Origin: Clostridiaceae bacterium
Lineage (GTDB): Bacteria > Bacillota > Clostridia > Saccharofermentanales > DTU023
Direction: 5' to 3'
NCBI GenBank assembly: GCA_012518795.1
Contig: JAAYRL010000054.1
Location: 16,915 to 80,914, forward strand
DNA length: 64,000 bases
In this document: in pieces, positions 10,681 to 22,002 of the stretch
How the letters are laid out: the number at the start of each line of letters is the position of its first letter
Numbering within the stretch: the first letter of the stretch is position 1
Program-made: the position numbers and the translations under genes
Notes under the pieces: model-generated
What the model saw: the letters and a program-made list of their open reading frames with translations, nothing else
The model's database searches: none
What the model was told of the DNA's origin: nothing

Positions 10681-10829
10681 GATCTACCTTCCTGATTATC
10701 ACTATCAATTTTACCTTAAATAAGGCTACAGACTTTTGATTAACTGTATCAAAGGACTAACAAGTATATAGCAATTATATTACATTTGTAAGGTGTGCAC
10801 AAATATTTTTAATAAATTATGATATTTTT

Positions 10830-12501
10830 CTACATTAACCCTTTGATGTTACCCTGCTCATCAATATCGATGTTTTCTGCTGCCGGTATCTTGGGCAAAC
10901 CCGGCATTGTCATGATATTACCGGTAAAAACTACGATAAAACCTGCACCTGCAGAAATTCTGATGTCCCGTACGGTGATTTTAAAATTATTCGGTGCAGC
11001 CAGCAACGAAGCATCATCTGAAAATGAATATTGTGTCTTAGCCATACAAATCGGCAAATCACCATAGCCTGCTTGTTCAGCTTCATTAATTTTTTGAATT
11101 GCCTGCTTGGTAAAATCAACTCCATCCGCACAATAAACATTTTGTGCAAGTTCAATGATTTTTGATTTAATTCCTTGATTGAGTTCATAAGCAAAACCCA
11201 GATCACTTTCAGTTTTACAAAGCTTGATCACTGCATCTGCCAATTCCAAACCGCCGGCTCCGCCTTTTGACCAGACTTCAGATATACATGCCTGAACATT
11301 ATTTGCCGCACAAGCAGATTTGATAACCTCCAATTCAGTATCAGTATCAGATGGGAAACGATTGATTGCTACAACAACCTTTAATTTAAATACATTTTTC
11401 AGAACATCAATATGGCGCAAAAGGTTGGGCATTCCTTGATTTAAAGCAGTAATATTTTCATCGTTTAATTCAGAATTCTCGGCTCCACCATGTTTTTTGA
11501 GTGCTCTCACAGTTGCAACAAGCACAACTGCATCCGGCTTCAATTGATTTTCTCTGCATTTGATATCGATAAATTTTTCCGCACCCAGATCCGATCCGAA
11601 ACCTGCTTCGGTAATTGTATATTCGTGATGACTCAATGCCATTTTAGTAGCCAAGATACTGTTACAACCATGAGCAATATTGGCAAAAGGTCCACCGTGT
11701 ACATAAGTCGGAGTACCTTCAAGCGTTTGAATCAAATTAGGTTTAATTGCATCTTTCAGTAAAACGGTCATAGCCCCTTCGGCTTTCAGATCGCCTGCTG
11801 TTATCGCTTCACCCGAATAATTATAAGCTACAATCATTCGTTTAAGTCGTTGTTTCAGGTCATCAATTGAATTAGACAAACAAAAAATCGCCATGACTTC
11901 TGAAGCGACAGTAATATCAAAACCGTCTTGGCGTGGAACGCCATCAACTCTAGCACCAAGCCCGTTAACAATGTTACGCAATTGACGGTCATTCATATCA
12001 ACACAGCGTTTCAAAACGATACGTCGCGTATCGATATTCAAAGCATTACCTTGATGAATATGATTATCCAGCATGGCGGCCAACAAATTATTAGCCGCAC
12101 CGATTGCATGAAAATCACCTGTAAAATGTAAATTTAAATCCTCCATCGGTAAAGCTTGAGCATAACCGCCACCTGCAGCACCACCTTTTATACCGATATA
12201 CGGGTCCCAAGGAAGGTTCACGCAAAGCAATCGCAGCTTTCTTATTTCTTCGGCGCAGAGCGTCACCCAAACCTACTGTTGTTGTTGTTTTTCCTTCACC
12301 GGCTGAAGTAGGAGATATCGCAGTTACCAAAACTAATTTATTAAGTGAATAGTCAGATTTCAAAGCGGATAGATTGATTTTTGCTTTATATCTTCCGTAT
12401 AATTCAAGATCTTTTTCAGAAATTCCCGCTTCTTCAGCAATTTCTTGAATCGGCTTCAATTTTGCATTTTGAGCAATTTCAATATCAGACAATTGGCTCA
12501 T
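10830..12501 (-). pseudogene. fhs: Formate--tetrahydrofolate ligase, interrupted by a +1 frameshift near 12197
   Basis: [11 protein letters not shown]...GEGKTTT...REPSLGPV in one frame, continuing [13 protein letters not shown]...[14 protein letters not shown] in another. Confidence 0.9.
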
Positions 12502-12546
12502 AAAAACCCTCCCTAAAACTAAAATCAAAGAAAATAAGAATAAAAT

Positions 12547-13278
12547 TCAGGAAGCAAAATCGTCGATAATACCATTTTCCAGACCTGCTAAATCCATCAG
12601 CCAGATAACTCTGCCACTGACTTTGATCAAACCATCTTTTTCCATAGCAATTAACTCACGAGAAAACGATGGTCTCGGCATTGCCAGCAAGCGTGAAATA
12701 ACTTCTTTAGAAGCAGGCAATTCAACAGCTTGAGTCGAAACAATAGCTGAAGCTTCCTCTAAAGTAATATTTTCTTGAATTAATTGCTGATCGAGTAACT
12801 CCAACAAATAAGCAGAAATTTTTTGTCTCAAAGTTCTCTGTGATAATGTGTAGATTCTCTTGTTTTGTTCTTTTATATGATTAGAAAGCAATTTTAATAA
12901 ATTGCTCAACATTTGAGGTGATCGATTGATCATTTCAAACAAGTCTTCACGTTTAACGTAAATTACTTTAACTGCGGAAACCGCTTCTAAACTGAAATTG
13001 AATCTATTGTCGGTACAAAAAATAAAATCTTCACCGAAAGTGTCACCGGCTTCCAGCAAATCCAAGGTAGAAAAATCGCCATCAGAAGAGTATTTTTGCT
13101 TTGCGAGTTGGCCTTCAAGTACAATACCGACACCTGAAGAAATATCACCTTCACGTACTATAAATTCACCTTTCCAGTACATATGGATATTGGTTCTCTC
13201 ACAGTAGTCACCATAGACCTTATGATTAAGACCGGCAAATAATTTTGTCATTGCTAAGAAATCACAAAGTTTTCGCAT
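12547..13278 (-). CDS. Crp/Fnr-family transcriptional regulator
   Basis: cNMP-binding fold (GDTFGE) plus C-terminal HTH MPRPSFSREL. Confidence 0.9.
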   Translation of the reverse strand: MRKLCDFLAMTKLFAGLNHKVYGDYCERTNIHMYWKGEFIVREGDISSGVGIVLEGQLAKQKYSSDGDFSTLDLLEAGDTFGEDFIFCTDNRFNFSLEAVSAVKVIYVKREDLFEMINRSPQMLSNLLKLLSNHIKEQNKRIYTLSQRTLRQKISAYLLELLDQQLIQENITLEEASAIVSTQAVELPASKEVISRLLAMPRPSFSRELIAMEKDGLIKVSGRVIWLMDLAGLENGIIDDFAS

Positions 13279-13311
13279 TTTCTCTCCTTAAAAATTGAAC
13301 ACGGATTGATC

Positions 13312-13394
13312 TGGTGCGGATGACAGGGATCGAACCTGCATGCTTTCGCACTGGAACCTAAATCCAGCGTGTCTGCCAATTCCACCACATCCGC
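13312..13394 (-). tRNA. tRNA-Leu(TAG)
   Basis: GCGGATGTGGTGGAATTGGCAGAC...CTGGA-TTTAGGT-TCCAG...GGTTCGATCCC...CATCCGCACCA. Confidence 0.97.
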
Positions 13395-13527
13395 ATATTC
13401 ATTTCTCAACAATTTTGCCACGTAAGTATACTAAAAACCAAAATTTTAGTAAAGTTGATTTGGTTTTTAAAATGTTTAAAGTTACTTATCTGTCAATTCT
13501 TGTTTTTCTAATCTGCTTTTCAATTGA

Positions 13528-14736
13528 TTATCTGTTTCTTAGTTTTTGACGCATTTTCCAGGCAAAATTAAACAACTTATATTTAAACGATAACGGCATA
13601 TCAAACTCACCGATATATTCAACTATATCAGGACTGAATTGTGATTTGAAATAGGTAAGACCGTCATCAAGACTCCCTTCTACACCACCCATATCGACAT
13701 ATTTATATCCTTTTTTAAGAGACTCTTTGATTATATAGTCATAAATAAATTCTTGCGGATAAAATTTTGTGAATTTAACATCATTACCGGCATATAAAAG
13801 ATTAACGGTATTGCCGAAATCAATCTTGAGCAAAGAACCTATAACTATTTTTTCTTCATCTTTCACATCTTCCAATTCCTCGACAAGCGATTTTAATGAA
13901 TTGATCTGATCGGTAAGGCGATGTACCTTTTTGGGAGATTTTTCTTTTATTGCCTCAATTTCTGTTGCTAAACTGTTGATTTCATTAGTAAAAATTTCAA
14001 TGTTTTTCTTTGGAGTCAGATAAGCCAAATAAATTTTCGCAGTTTCCGGATAGGCATCTAATAACTGATTGAAATATTCTCTATTTCTCAAATTTACATT
14101 TTTGCGTGATTCGGTTAATTTAATCATTGAAGCCATTTCATCCAAAAATTGATACGTTCCTGATTCTATTTTAGTGCCTCTTTTTTGAATTCTGCGCAAC
14201 GCTCTTTTTAATCTGTTTTGATAATTATTTAAGGTGGAATCATTCAAGCTGCCTATAGCAACAAAACGCGGCTGAAATGAATCATGCATTTTGAGAGGCA
14301 GCCCGCGATGGATATAGCCGTTATTCTTTAAAATATCTATAACATTTTGCCCATATTCAGTCACTTCGGCATCATCTTTTGCTTCAACTTTATAGACTTT
14401 GTATGCAATACCGGGATCTATTCTAATCATAAAACAGCCATTAGCTTTCGCAACTTTTTTAAGATTATTATTAAAGAACTTTAGCAATTCTTGATTAGTA
14501 AAATCAATCAGCGGTCCTCTGGGTATATACGCAAATTTTAGTCCCAAAGGCAAGGAACGAATCAAAATAAGTGCTGTTGCAATAAGCTTATCATCTTGTT
14601 TAACTCCCACATATAATGGTTTGTAAGTATTTTTGACTTGTGCCCATTGATAAGATTGAAGTAGATGAGTATTTTTATAATTACCGGCAAAGGCATTGAA
14701 TTCAATTTCTGCTACATCATCAACAAAAGTATACAT
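13528..14736 (-). CDS. FemABX/MurMN-family peptidoglycan bridge aminoacyltransferase
   Basis: HLLQSYQWAQVK, YIPRGP, coiled-coil insertion, DMGG...GLTYFKSQF...EYIGEFD. Confidence 0.92.
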   Translation of the reverse strand: MYTFVDDVAEIEFNAFAGNYKNTHLLQSYQWAQVKNTYKPLYVGVKQDDKLIATALILIRSLPLGLKFAYIPRGPLIDFTNQELLKFFNNNLKKVAKANGCFMIRIDPGIAYKVYKVEAKDDAEVTEYGQNVIDILKNNGYIHRGLPLKMHDSFQPRFVAIGSLNDSTLNNYQNRLKRALRRIQKRGTKIESGTYQFLDEMASMIKLTESRKNVNLRNREYFNQLLDAYPETAKIYLAYLTPKKNIEIFTNEINSLATEIEAIKEKSPKKVHRLTDQINSLKSLVEELEDVKDEEKIVIGSLLKIDFGNTVNLLYAGNDVKFTKFYPQEFIYDYIIKESLKKGYKYVDMGGVEGSLDDGLTYFKSQFSPDIVEYIGEFDMPLSFKYKLFNFAWKMRQKLRNR

Positions 14737-14774
14737 TTTTGTTCCATTTCCTTTAGCTTTTATTTAGGATTTAT

Positions 14775-14846
14775 AATTTTTATGATTTAAACAATTTTTA
14801 TGCTTTAAACAATTTTTATGCTTTAAATAATTTTTATGATTTAAAT
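14775..14846. repeat. 18-bp tandem repeat x4
   Basis: AATTTTTATG(A/C)TTTAAA(C/T) four times. Confidence 0.9.
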
Positions 14847-14864
14847 AATTTGGATTTAAAATTC

Positions 14865-16676
14865 TTATTCATCAAGTTTCAACACGCTCATAAATGCTTC
14901 TTGCGGTATTTCTACACTGCCGACTTGACGCATACGTTTTTTACCTTCTTTTTGTTTTTCCAATAATTTGCGTTTTCGGGAAATATCACCACCATAACAC
15001 TTGGCAGTAACGTCTTTGCGGTATGCTCTAATCGTTTCACGTGCAATTATTTTGCCGCCGATGGCTGCTTGGAGCGGTATCTCAAATTGTTGGCGCGGAA
15101 TTTGTTCTCGCAATTTTTCCACCATACGACGACCTCGGGCATATGCTTTGTCCTTATGAATAATAAACGATAAGGCATCAACAATTTCACCGTTAATCAG
15201 AATGTCCAACTTGACTAATTGAGAACTTTTATAGCCTTTTAATTCATAATCAAGCGAAGCATATCCTCTGCTCCTTGATTTAAGGGCATCAAAGAAATCA
15301 TAAATAATTTCATTTAACGGCATTTCATAGTGCAAGTTTACTCGTGTAGTTTCCAGATACTCCATTGTTTGATAAATTCCACGACGTTCTTGACATAAAT
15401 CCATAATATTGCCGATATATTCATCCGGCATAACAATCGAAACATCGACTATCGGTTCTTCTATATATTCGATTTCTTCGGCTGCCGGCATATTAGTCGG
15501 ATTATCTAATTTGATAATTGAACCATCAGTCAAATGCAATTTGAATACTACAGACGGAGCAGTTGAAATAATATCCAATTCAAATTCACGCTCTATTCTT
15601 TCCTGAATAATCTCATAGTGCAGTAAACCGAGAAAGCCACAACGGAAACCGAAACCTAAAGCTGCGGAAGTTTCCGGTTCAAAAGATAAGGCTGCATCAT
15701 TCAGTTGAACTTTTTCCAAAGCATCACGTAAATTATTATAATCCGCTCCATCTACAGGATACAGACCGCAAAAAACCATTTGCTGCACCGGCTTATATCC
15801 AGGCAAAGGTTTATCTGCAGGATTGTCTTTTGAGGTTATCGTATCACCGACTCTGGTATCTTTAACATTTTTGATACTTGCCACAAGATAACCTACATCT
15901 CCGGTAACCAGCTCTTCAACCGAGATACCACCATTCGCCTTGAAATATCCTAATTCGGTCACTTCAAATGACTTTTGAGTATTCATCATCATAATCTGAT
16001 CACCGACTTTAACCGACCCTTGTTTGACGTTAACATGGGCTATAACACCTTTATACGTGTCATATTCAGAATCAAATATCAAAGCCTGGAGAGGTTTAGC
16101 AGAATTTCCCCCGGGTGACGGCAAACGTTCAATAATCTGATCTAAGACTGCTTGAATATTAATATGATTTTTCGCGGAGATCCTCGGTGCATCTTGAGCT
16201 TCAATACCGATAATATCTTCAACTTCTTTTACAATTTCTTCCGGTCTGGCAGAAGGTAAATCAATTTTATTAATTACCGGCATTATTTCTAAATCAGCTT
16301 CCAAGGCCAAATAGACATTCGCCAATGTTTGTGCCTCAATACCTTGGGCTGCATCCACCACAAGAATTGCTCCATCACAAGCTTCAAGAGTTCTTGATAC
16401 TTCATAATTAAAGTCAACATGTCCCGGTGTATCAATTAAATTTAAAATATAAGTTTCGCCGTCAGAATGTTTATATTCCATTCTTATTGCACGTGCTTTT
16501 ATTGTAATACCCCGTTCTTTTTCCAAATCCATATTGTCCAGAACCTGATCTTGCATTTCGCGCGAGCTCAGTGTACCAGTTTCTTTAATTAAGCAATCAG
16601 CTAAAGTTGATTTGCCGTGATCTATATGGGCTATAATACAAAAATTTCGAACATTCTCTTGCCGAACTTGAGACAT
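14865..16676 (-). CDS. lepA: Elongation factor 4
   Basis: [18 protein letters not shown]; [24 protein letters not shown]. Confidence 0.99.
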   Translation of the reverse strand: MSQVRQENVRNFCIIAHIDHGKSTLADCLIKETGTLSSREMQDQVLDNMDLEKERGITIKARAIRMEYKHSDGETYILNLIDTPGHVDFNYEVSRTLEACDGAILVVDAAQGIEAQTLANVYLALEADLEIMPVINKIDLPSARPEEIVKEVEDIIGIEAQDAPRISAKNHINIQAVLDQIIERLPSPGGNSAKPLQALIFDSEYDTYKGVIAHVNVKQGSVKVGDQIMMMNTQKSFEVTELGYFKANGGISVEELVTGDVGYLVASIKNVKDTRVGDTITSKDNPADKPLPGYKPVQQMVFCGLYPVDGADYNNLRDALEKVQLNDAALSFEPETSAALGFGFRCGFLGLLHYEIIQERIEREFELDIISTAPSVVFKLHLTDGSIIKLDNPTNMPAAEEIEYIEEPIVDVSIVMPDEYIGNIMDLCQERRGIYQTMEYLETTRVNLHYEMPLNEIIYDFFDALKSRSRGYASLDYELKGYKSSQLVKLDILINGEIVDALSFIIHKDKAYARGRRMVEKLREQIPRQQFEIPLQAAIGGKIIARETIRAYRKDVTAKCYGGDISRKRKLLEKQKEGKKRMRQVGSVEIPQEAFMSVLKLDE

Positions 16677-16696
16677 GATACCTCCACAGGAAAAGA

Positions 16697-17425
16697 TTAT
16701 TTGGGTTTACCTATGCTGTCAAAAGGATAAAATCTGAGCAAAAGCTTACCGATAATTTGATCCTTATGAACAGGTCCGATGCGTCGACTGTCTTTACTTA
16801 CAGGTCTATTATCACCTAAAACATAATACTCATTTTCTCCTAAGGTCACAACCTGCTCATTTCGCACCGGATCAGCTTTTGTTTCTACGCCTTGCTCTAA
16901 ATAATCCTCTTGCAGCAATTGATCATCAACAAAAACTTTTCCGTCTTTCAGCTCAATTTTTTCACCCGGCAAACCAATAACTCTTTTAATTAATAAATTA
17001 TTAGGATGATCTTCATCTGTTTCATCAATTGTAATAATGTCGCCGCGATTGATACTAAAGTGCTTGCTAATTTTTTCTACAATAATTTGGTCTTTGTCAT
17101 GCAGAGTCGGTTCCATTGAAGGACCTGAAATCGTATTGCGTTGCGCAACAAATAATGTAATGAATAAGCCGATTAAGATGACAAGCAAAAAAGTTTTGAT
17201 CCAATCTAAAAACTGCAACAACTTATCCGAACTCGATTTTTTCTGTGATTTTTCTTCAAATTCTATTTCGGATTTTTCATTATTTATCTTTTCAGATTTT
17301 TCATTATTTATCTTTTCTGATTTCTCATTATTTATCTTTTCGGATTTCTCAGCATTTATCTTTTCAGACTTTTCAGCATTTATCTTTTCAGATTTTTCAT
17401 ATTCATTTTTCGAATGTTTTTCCAC
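16697..17425 (-). CDS. lepB: Signal peptidase I
   Basis: [29 protein letters not shown]. Confidence 0.95.
   Translation of the reverse strand: MEKHSKNEYEKSEKINAEKSEKINAEKSEKINNEKSEKINNEKSEKINNEKSEIEFEEKSQKKSSSDKLLQFLDWIKTFLLVILIGLFITLFVAQRNTISGPSMEPTLHDKDQIIVEKISKHFSINRGDIITIDETDEDHPNNLLIKRVIGLPGEKIELKDGKVFVDDQLLQEDYLEQGVETKADPVRNEQVVTLGENEYYVLGDNRPVSKDSRRIGPVHKDQIIGKLLLRFYPFDSIGKPK
17267..17400. repeat. 24-bp coding tandem repeat (EKSEKINA/N) about x5.5 in lepB
   Basis: Repeated TTC(G/A/T)GATTT(T/C)TCA...TTTATCTT units. Confidence 0.9.
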
Positions 17426-17498
17426 AAATAATGTCCTCTGTTTAGTGTATCATTCAAATGTATTAGCGCTTAATCAAATTATTATTAAACTCATCTTT

Positions 17499-19277
17499 TT
17501 AAGAATCAGTCAAATCAGTTAGTTCAATTCCCAATTCTGTTAATTGATCCTCTGCAACTGAACTTGGAGCATTACTCATTAAGCAAGATGAGTTTTGAAC
17601 TTTCGGGAAAGCAATAACATCACGTATGCTTGTACTGTCAGTTAATAACATAACTAAACGATCCAGACCGAAAGCCAATCCTCCATGCGGCGGAACACCA
17701 TATTGAAAAGCTTTTAGTAAGAAACCGAAACGTTCTGTACTCTCTTCTTTAGATAAACCAAGTAAATTAAAAACTTTATTTTGTAAATCCTCATCATGAA
17801 TCCTGATACTTCCGCCGCCGATTTCATTACCGTTAAGTACAATATCATATGCTTTTGCTCGGCATAATTCAGGATCGGTTTCCAACAAATGTAAGTCTTC
17901 ATCCATCGGCGAAGTGAAAGGATGATGTACCGCGACATAACGATCTTCATCTTCATTATATTCAAACATCGGAAATTCCGTAATCCATACAAAACTCCAT
18001 TTATTTTCATCAATCATATTCAATCTTTTGGCAATTTCTTCGCGCAAATGACCTAAAGCATCATATACTACATCCGTTTGATCAGCAACAAATAATAATA
18101 AATCTCCCGTTTCAGCTGCAACTTGTGTTTTGACCTGTTCTATCCAGGCATGATCAACAAATTTCAGGAAAGAACCGCGCGGTTCCGCTTCCAAGGCTAA
18201 CCAAGCCAAACCTTTTGCCCGATAATCTTTTACATAATCGGTCAAGCTGTCAATTTCCCGACGAGTCATGCTTGAACCTTGCGGTACAACAATTAATTGT
18301 ACGGAACCGCCATTTTCAATTGCTCCACTAAATACTCGGAAATCAGTTTGAGATGCCAATGCAGAAACATCATGCAATTCCATCGCAAAACGCAAATCCG
18401 GATTGTCTAAACCGAATCTTCGCAAAGCTTCAGCATAGGTTAAACGCGGTATCGGTAAATCTATTTGATAACCTTCACTTTTATCCCATAAATAAGCCAG
18501 ATAATTTTCAATTAGTTCCATAATATCTTCAGCTTGAACAAATGACATTTCCAAGTCTATCTGGGTAAATTCCGGTTGCCTGTCAGCACGTAAATCTTCA
18601 TCTCTGAAACATTTTGCTATTTGCATATAACGGTCATAACCGCTAAGCATTAACAATTGCTTATAAAGCTGCGGTGATTGCGGCAAGGCGAAAAACTTAC
18701 CCGGGAAAACTCTTGAAGGTACCAGATAATCTCTGGCTCCTTCAGGCGTACTTTTTATCAACATCGGCGTTTCAATTTCAATAAAACCTTGTTGTTCAAA
18801 GAAATCTCGCGTCCATTTCGTAATTCGATGTCTTTTGATGATTTTCTTTTGCAAATCCGGTCTGCGTAAATCCAAATAACGATACTCAAGCCTTAAAGAT
18901 TCACCTGTATCTATATTTTCTTCAATATAAAAAGGCGGCGTTTTCGCTTTAGACAAAATCCTAAGTTCATTAACATGTAATTCCCATTCACCGGTCGGCA
19001 TATTAGGATTAATATCTTGTCTTTTGCGTAAAATTCCTTTACAGGCTAAAACAAATTCACTCCTCACCTGTCGAGCAATTTCCAGAATTTCTACCGGACT
19101 TTGATCGTCAATCACCAATTGTAATTCTCCACTTCGATCCCGAAGCGTAATGAACACCAAATTACCGATATCTCTTTGTCTATGGCACCATCCCATTAAT
19201 GTTAATTCAGAACCTTCTTGTTCAGAAGTGAATTCAGCCACTAAACAACTGCGCTTCATGCCTTCAATTGTATTCAT
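17499..19277 (-). CDS. aspS: Aspartate--tRNA ligase
   Basis: LEYRYLDLRR, PQSPQLYKQLLM, CFRDEDLRADRQPEF, PPHGGLAFGLDR. Confidence 0.98.
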   Translation of the reverse strand: MNTIEGMKRSCLVAEFTSEQEGSELTLMGWCHRQRDIGNLVFITLRDRSGELQLVIDDQSPVEILEIARQVRSEFVLACKGILRKRQDINPNMPTGEWELHVNELRILSKAKTPPFYIEENIDTGESLRLEYRYLDLRRPDLQKKIIKRHRITKWTRDFFEQQGFIEIETPMLIKSTPEGARDYLVPSRVFPGKFFALPQSPQLYKQLLMLSGYDRYMQIAKCFRDEDLRADRQPEFTQIDLEMSFVQAEDIMELIENYLAYLWDKSEGYQIDLPIPRLTYAEALRRFGLDNPDLRFAMELHDVSALASQTDFRVFSGAIENGGSVQLIVVPQGSSMTRREIDSLTDYVKDYRAKGLAWLALEAEPRGSFLKFVDHAWIEQVKTQVAAETGDLLLFVADQTDVVYDALGHLREEIAKRLNMIDENKWSFVWITEFPMFEYNEDEDRYVAVHHPFTSPMDEDLHLLETDPELCRAKAYDIVLNGNEIGGGSIRIHDEDLQNKVFNLLGLSKEESTERFGFLLKAFQYGVPPHGGLAFGLDRLVMLLTDSTSIRDVIAFPKVQNSSCLMSNAPSSVAEDQLTELGIELTDLTDS

Positions 19278-19340
19278 ATACATTATCCTCTATTCGATAA
19301 ACTTCTTTAGCATTAATAATTATCTGTTAAACGCTATTTA

Positions 19341-19499
19341 AAATTATTATTACTATCAATAGTAAATCTAAGCTAATTGCAAAAAATTATTATTACTATC
19401 AATAGTAAATCTAAGCTAATTGCAAAAAATTATTATTTCTATCAATAGTAAATCTAAGCTAATTGCAAAAAATTATTATTTCTATCAATAGTAAATCTA
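19341..19499. repeat. 43-bp tandem repeat about x3.7 between hisS and aspS
   Basis: AAATTATTATT(A/T)CTATCAATAGTAAATCTAAGCTAATTGCAAA at 19341, 19384, 19427 and partially at 19470. Confidence 0.93.
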
Positions 19500-19562
19500 T
19501 TCTAATGTAATAAATTATTATATTTATGCAACTTTATGCAACAAATATGTTTATGCAACGAA

Positions 19563-20816
19563 TCAATTTTCTCTAATATAGTTTGCCAGATCAGTCAATT
19601 CCAACTTAATTTCTGTACCGTCCGACATCCGTTTCAGATCTACTGATTTAGATTTTATTTCATCTTCCCCTAAAACCACAATATATTTTGCTCCGATCCG
19701 ATCAGCATATTTCATCTGAGCCCTAAAGCTTCTAGCAGTTATATTACTTTCCGCTGTTATGTTTGAAGCACGCAAATCAAAACAAATTTTAGCTGCTTGA
19801 TTAATTGTATCGGGAAAAGACACAATATAAATATCAGGACCTGCTTGAGAGGGCAATTTAACATTCTGACTTTTCAATTCCATCAATAATCTCTCAACGC
19901 CTAAAGCAAAACCCACTGCAGGAGTTGATTGTCCACCCAGTTCCTCAATCAAGCCGTCATATCTGCCGCCACCACAAATCGTACCTTGTGTTCCAACATT
20001 ATTTGAAACAAATTCAAATACTGTTCGCGTATAATAATCCAATCCTCGCACAATATGGCCATCAATCTCATATTCAAAACCCAAATTGTTCAATTCGGTA
20101 CATAACTTATTGAAATGCTCTTGACATTCAACACAGAGATGCTCAATTTGCAAAGGTGCATTTTTTACTATTTCATTTTCTGCATCTTCCTTACAGTCCA
20201 AAATCCGCAGCGGATTGCGTTCAAATCTATCTTGACAATTGAGACATAAATCACCCAAATGAGGTCTGAAGTAATCTTTCAATAATTCCAAATATGCAGG
20301 TCGGCATTTAGGACAACCGATACTATTAATTTTTAAATTTATTTCTTGCAAACCTAATTCGCGGAAGAAAAGAAACAACAAGCTAATAACTTCTGCATCA
20401 GCTGTCGATTCCGCTGAGCCGAAAAGTTCGCATCCCATCTGATTGAATTCACGATAGCGACCTTTGCCCATTTTTTCATAACGAAAATTATTCAAAATAT
20501 AGTACAACTTCTGGGGAGAAGGTTCAGAACTCAAGCCATTTTCTAAATATGCCCTGACAACCCCTGCTGTGCCTTCCGGTCTTAAGGTCATACTTCTGCC
20601 ACCCTTATCATTAAATGTATACATCTCTTTTTGAACTATATCTGTGGTGTCCCCAACCCCTCTTTGGAACAATTCTGTCTGTTCAAAAGTCGGTACTCTA
20701 ATCTCTTGAAAACAGAAACGACTGCACACTGAACTGTATTTTTCTTCTACATACTGCCAAGCAGGTGTTTCTGCAGGAAGTATATCACGTGTTCCTTTCG
20801 GTGCTCTAATTGTCAT
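19563..20816 (-). CDS. hisS: Histidine--tRNA ligase
   Basis: PKGTRD, LRPEGTA, VRGLDYY, GGGRYD. Confidence 0.98.
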   Translation of the reverse strand: MTIRAPKGTRDILPAETPAWQYVEEKYSSVCSRFCFQEIRVPTFEQTELFQRGVGDTTDIVQKEMYTFNDKGGRSMTLRPEGTAGVVRAYLENGLSSEPSPQKLYYILNNFRYEKMGKGRYREFNQMGCELFGSAESTADAEVISLLFLFFRELGLQEINLKINSIGCPKCRPAYLELLKDYFRPHLGDLCLNCQDRFERNPLRILDCKEDAENEIVKNAPLQIEHLCVECQEHFNKLCTELNNLGFEYEIDGHIVRGLDYYTRTVFEFVSNNVGTQGTICGGGRYDGLIEELGGQSTPAVGFALGVERLLMELKSQNVKLPSQAGPDIYIVSFPDTINQAAKICFDLRASNITAESNITARSFRAQMKYADRIGAKYIVVLGEDEIKSKSVDLKRMSDGTEIKLELTDLANYIREN

Positions 20817-20949
20817 AAATTCCCTCTCCATTTTATCCGTTCCGGTTAAGTTCTTTAAATATTTTAATAATCATCTAAATCCATTTTAGCAATATTATAT
20901 TATACATTATGATTTTTTCTATGCAAAACACTCCACCAACTCTTAACCG

Positions 20950-21095
20950 TTTTAGTTACCATACATCAAAATACTGTAATCTTTCCCGCTTTAGTTACTA
21001 TGCTTTTAGTTACTATACATCAAAAAACTGTAATAAAAGAAAATATTATGCTAAAATTTATTTAATTATCATATCGCCTTAATTATCATATCGCC
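20950..21095. repeat. Direct repeats in the divergent hisS / DtxR-family promoter region
   Basis: 31-bp near-identical copies at 20950 and 21004; TTAATTATCATATCGCC x2 at 21062-21095. Confidence 0.8.
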
Positions 21096-21130
21096 AGCAT
21101 ATTATAATTATATTGAAAAGGAGAGTTCGA

Positions 21131-21613
21131 ATGGGTCTACTGGAATCTGGTCAAAACTATTTAGAAAACATTTATATCCTACAACAAAAACAAGGGCTAG
21201 TACGCTCTGTCGATTTAGCCAACGCAATGGGATTTTCCAAACCTTCCGTAAGTAGAGCAGTGCATCTCCTGGCAGACGATGGTTACCTTGAATTTTCCGA
21301 TAGCGGAAACTTAATTCTTACTGAAACCGGACATAAAGTTGCTAAAAATATATATGAAAGGCATATGTTCTTAGCTGAATATTTTATGGCAATGGGTGTA
21401 AGTGAAGAGACCGCTTATGATGATGCCTGTCGTTTGGAATATCATATAAGCGAAGAAACCATGGAAAGATTAAAACTACATACAATCAATTGTGCACTAA
21501 ACTGTCCTAAAGCTTCTTCTGAAAAATTTTTCAACTTTAACAAAGAAAAAATTCAGGATTTAGAAAATTTTGATCCAGGAAAAATAACTGCTCTCAATGA
21601 TGAACAACAATAA
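21131..21613 (+). CDS. DtxR/MntR-family metal-dependent regulator
   Basis: ESGQNYLENI, VRSVDLA..SKPSVSRAV, IYERH, DACRLEYHIS. Confidence 0.92.
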   Translation: MGLLESGQNYLENIYILQQKQGLVRSVDLANAMGFSKPSVSRAVHLLADDGYLEFSDSGNLILTETGHKVAKNIYERHMFLAEYFMAMGVSEETAYDDACRLEYHISEETMERLKLHTINCALNCPKASSEKFFNFNKEKIQDLENFDPGKITALNDEQQ

Positions 21614-21640
21614 CTAGGAAATAAATTCAAATCAAATAAC

Positions 21641-21838
21641 TGCACACTATTTAAGATTATGCAGTTAAATTCTTGACTAAGCTTGAAAAGTGTGCAAGCC
21701 GGTTCAGGACCTGCACACTTTTTAAAGTTGTACCGTAAAATTCTGGACTAAGCTTGAAAAGTGTGCAAGCCAGCCCAGGAAATGCACACTTTTTAAAGTT
21801 GTACCGTAAAATCGTGGACTAAGCTTGAAAAGTGTGCA
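21641..21838. repeat. 71-bp tandem repeat, each unit carrying a hairpin
   Basis: Units at 21675, 21746 and partially 21817; AAAAGTGTGCA-N15-TGCACACTTTT; degenerate half unit at 21641. Confidence 0.9.
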
Positions 21839-22002
21839 TAATTTAATCTCAAAAAGCTGCTTCCCAAATTTAAATCTTACTTATTCTTTTTATTTAAGAA
21901 CATTCGAAGTCCAACTACTAAAATCAGCAAAATAATTAAGACAATAATTAGCCAAGTATATGTTGTTTCACCTGTGCAAGGAATACAATACATACCTCAC
22001 TC

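Noticed and set aside
10830-12528. Two separate genes, as listed in the ORF track
   Set aside because: They are the two halves of one frameshifted fhs
12502-12546. THF or ZMP riboswitch before fhs
   Set aside because: Only 45 bp separate fhs from the upstream Crp-family gene
17037-17522. 161-aa plus-strand ORF with SDFSLFIF repeats
   Set aside because: Antisense shadow of the lepB repeat
19341-19499. Possible CRISPR array
   Set aside because: 43-bp units abut directly with no unique spacers; no cas genes in the window
20832-21110. T-box leader upstream of hisS (also checked for trpS and asnS)
   Set aside because: No GGTGG-ACCGCG T-box motif or terminator seen; regions are short or AT-rich
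21675-21838. Possible mini-CRISPR array
   Set aside because: The variable part is a 15-nt hairpin loop and the two loops are related; fewer than three units; no cas genes
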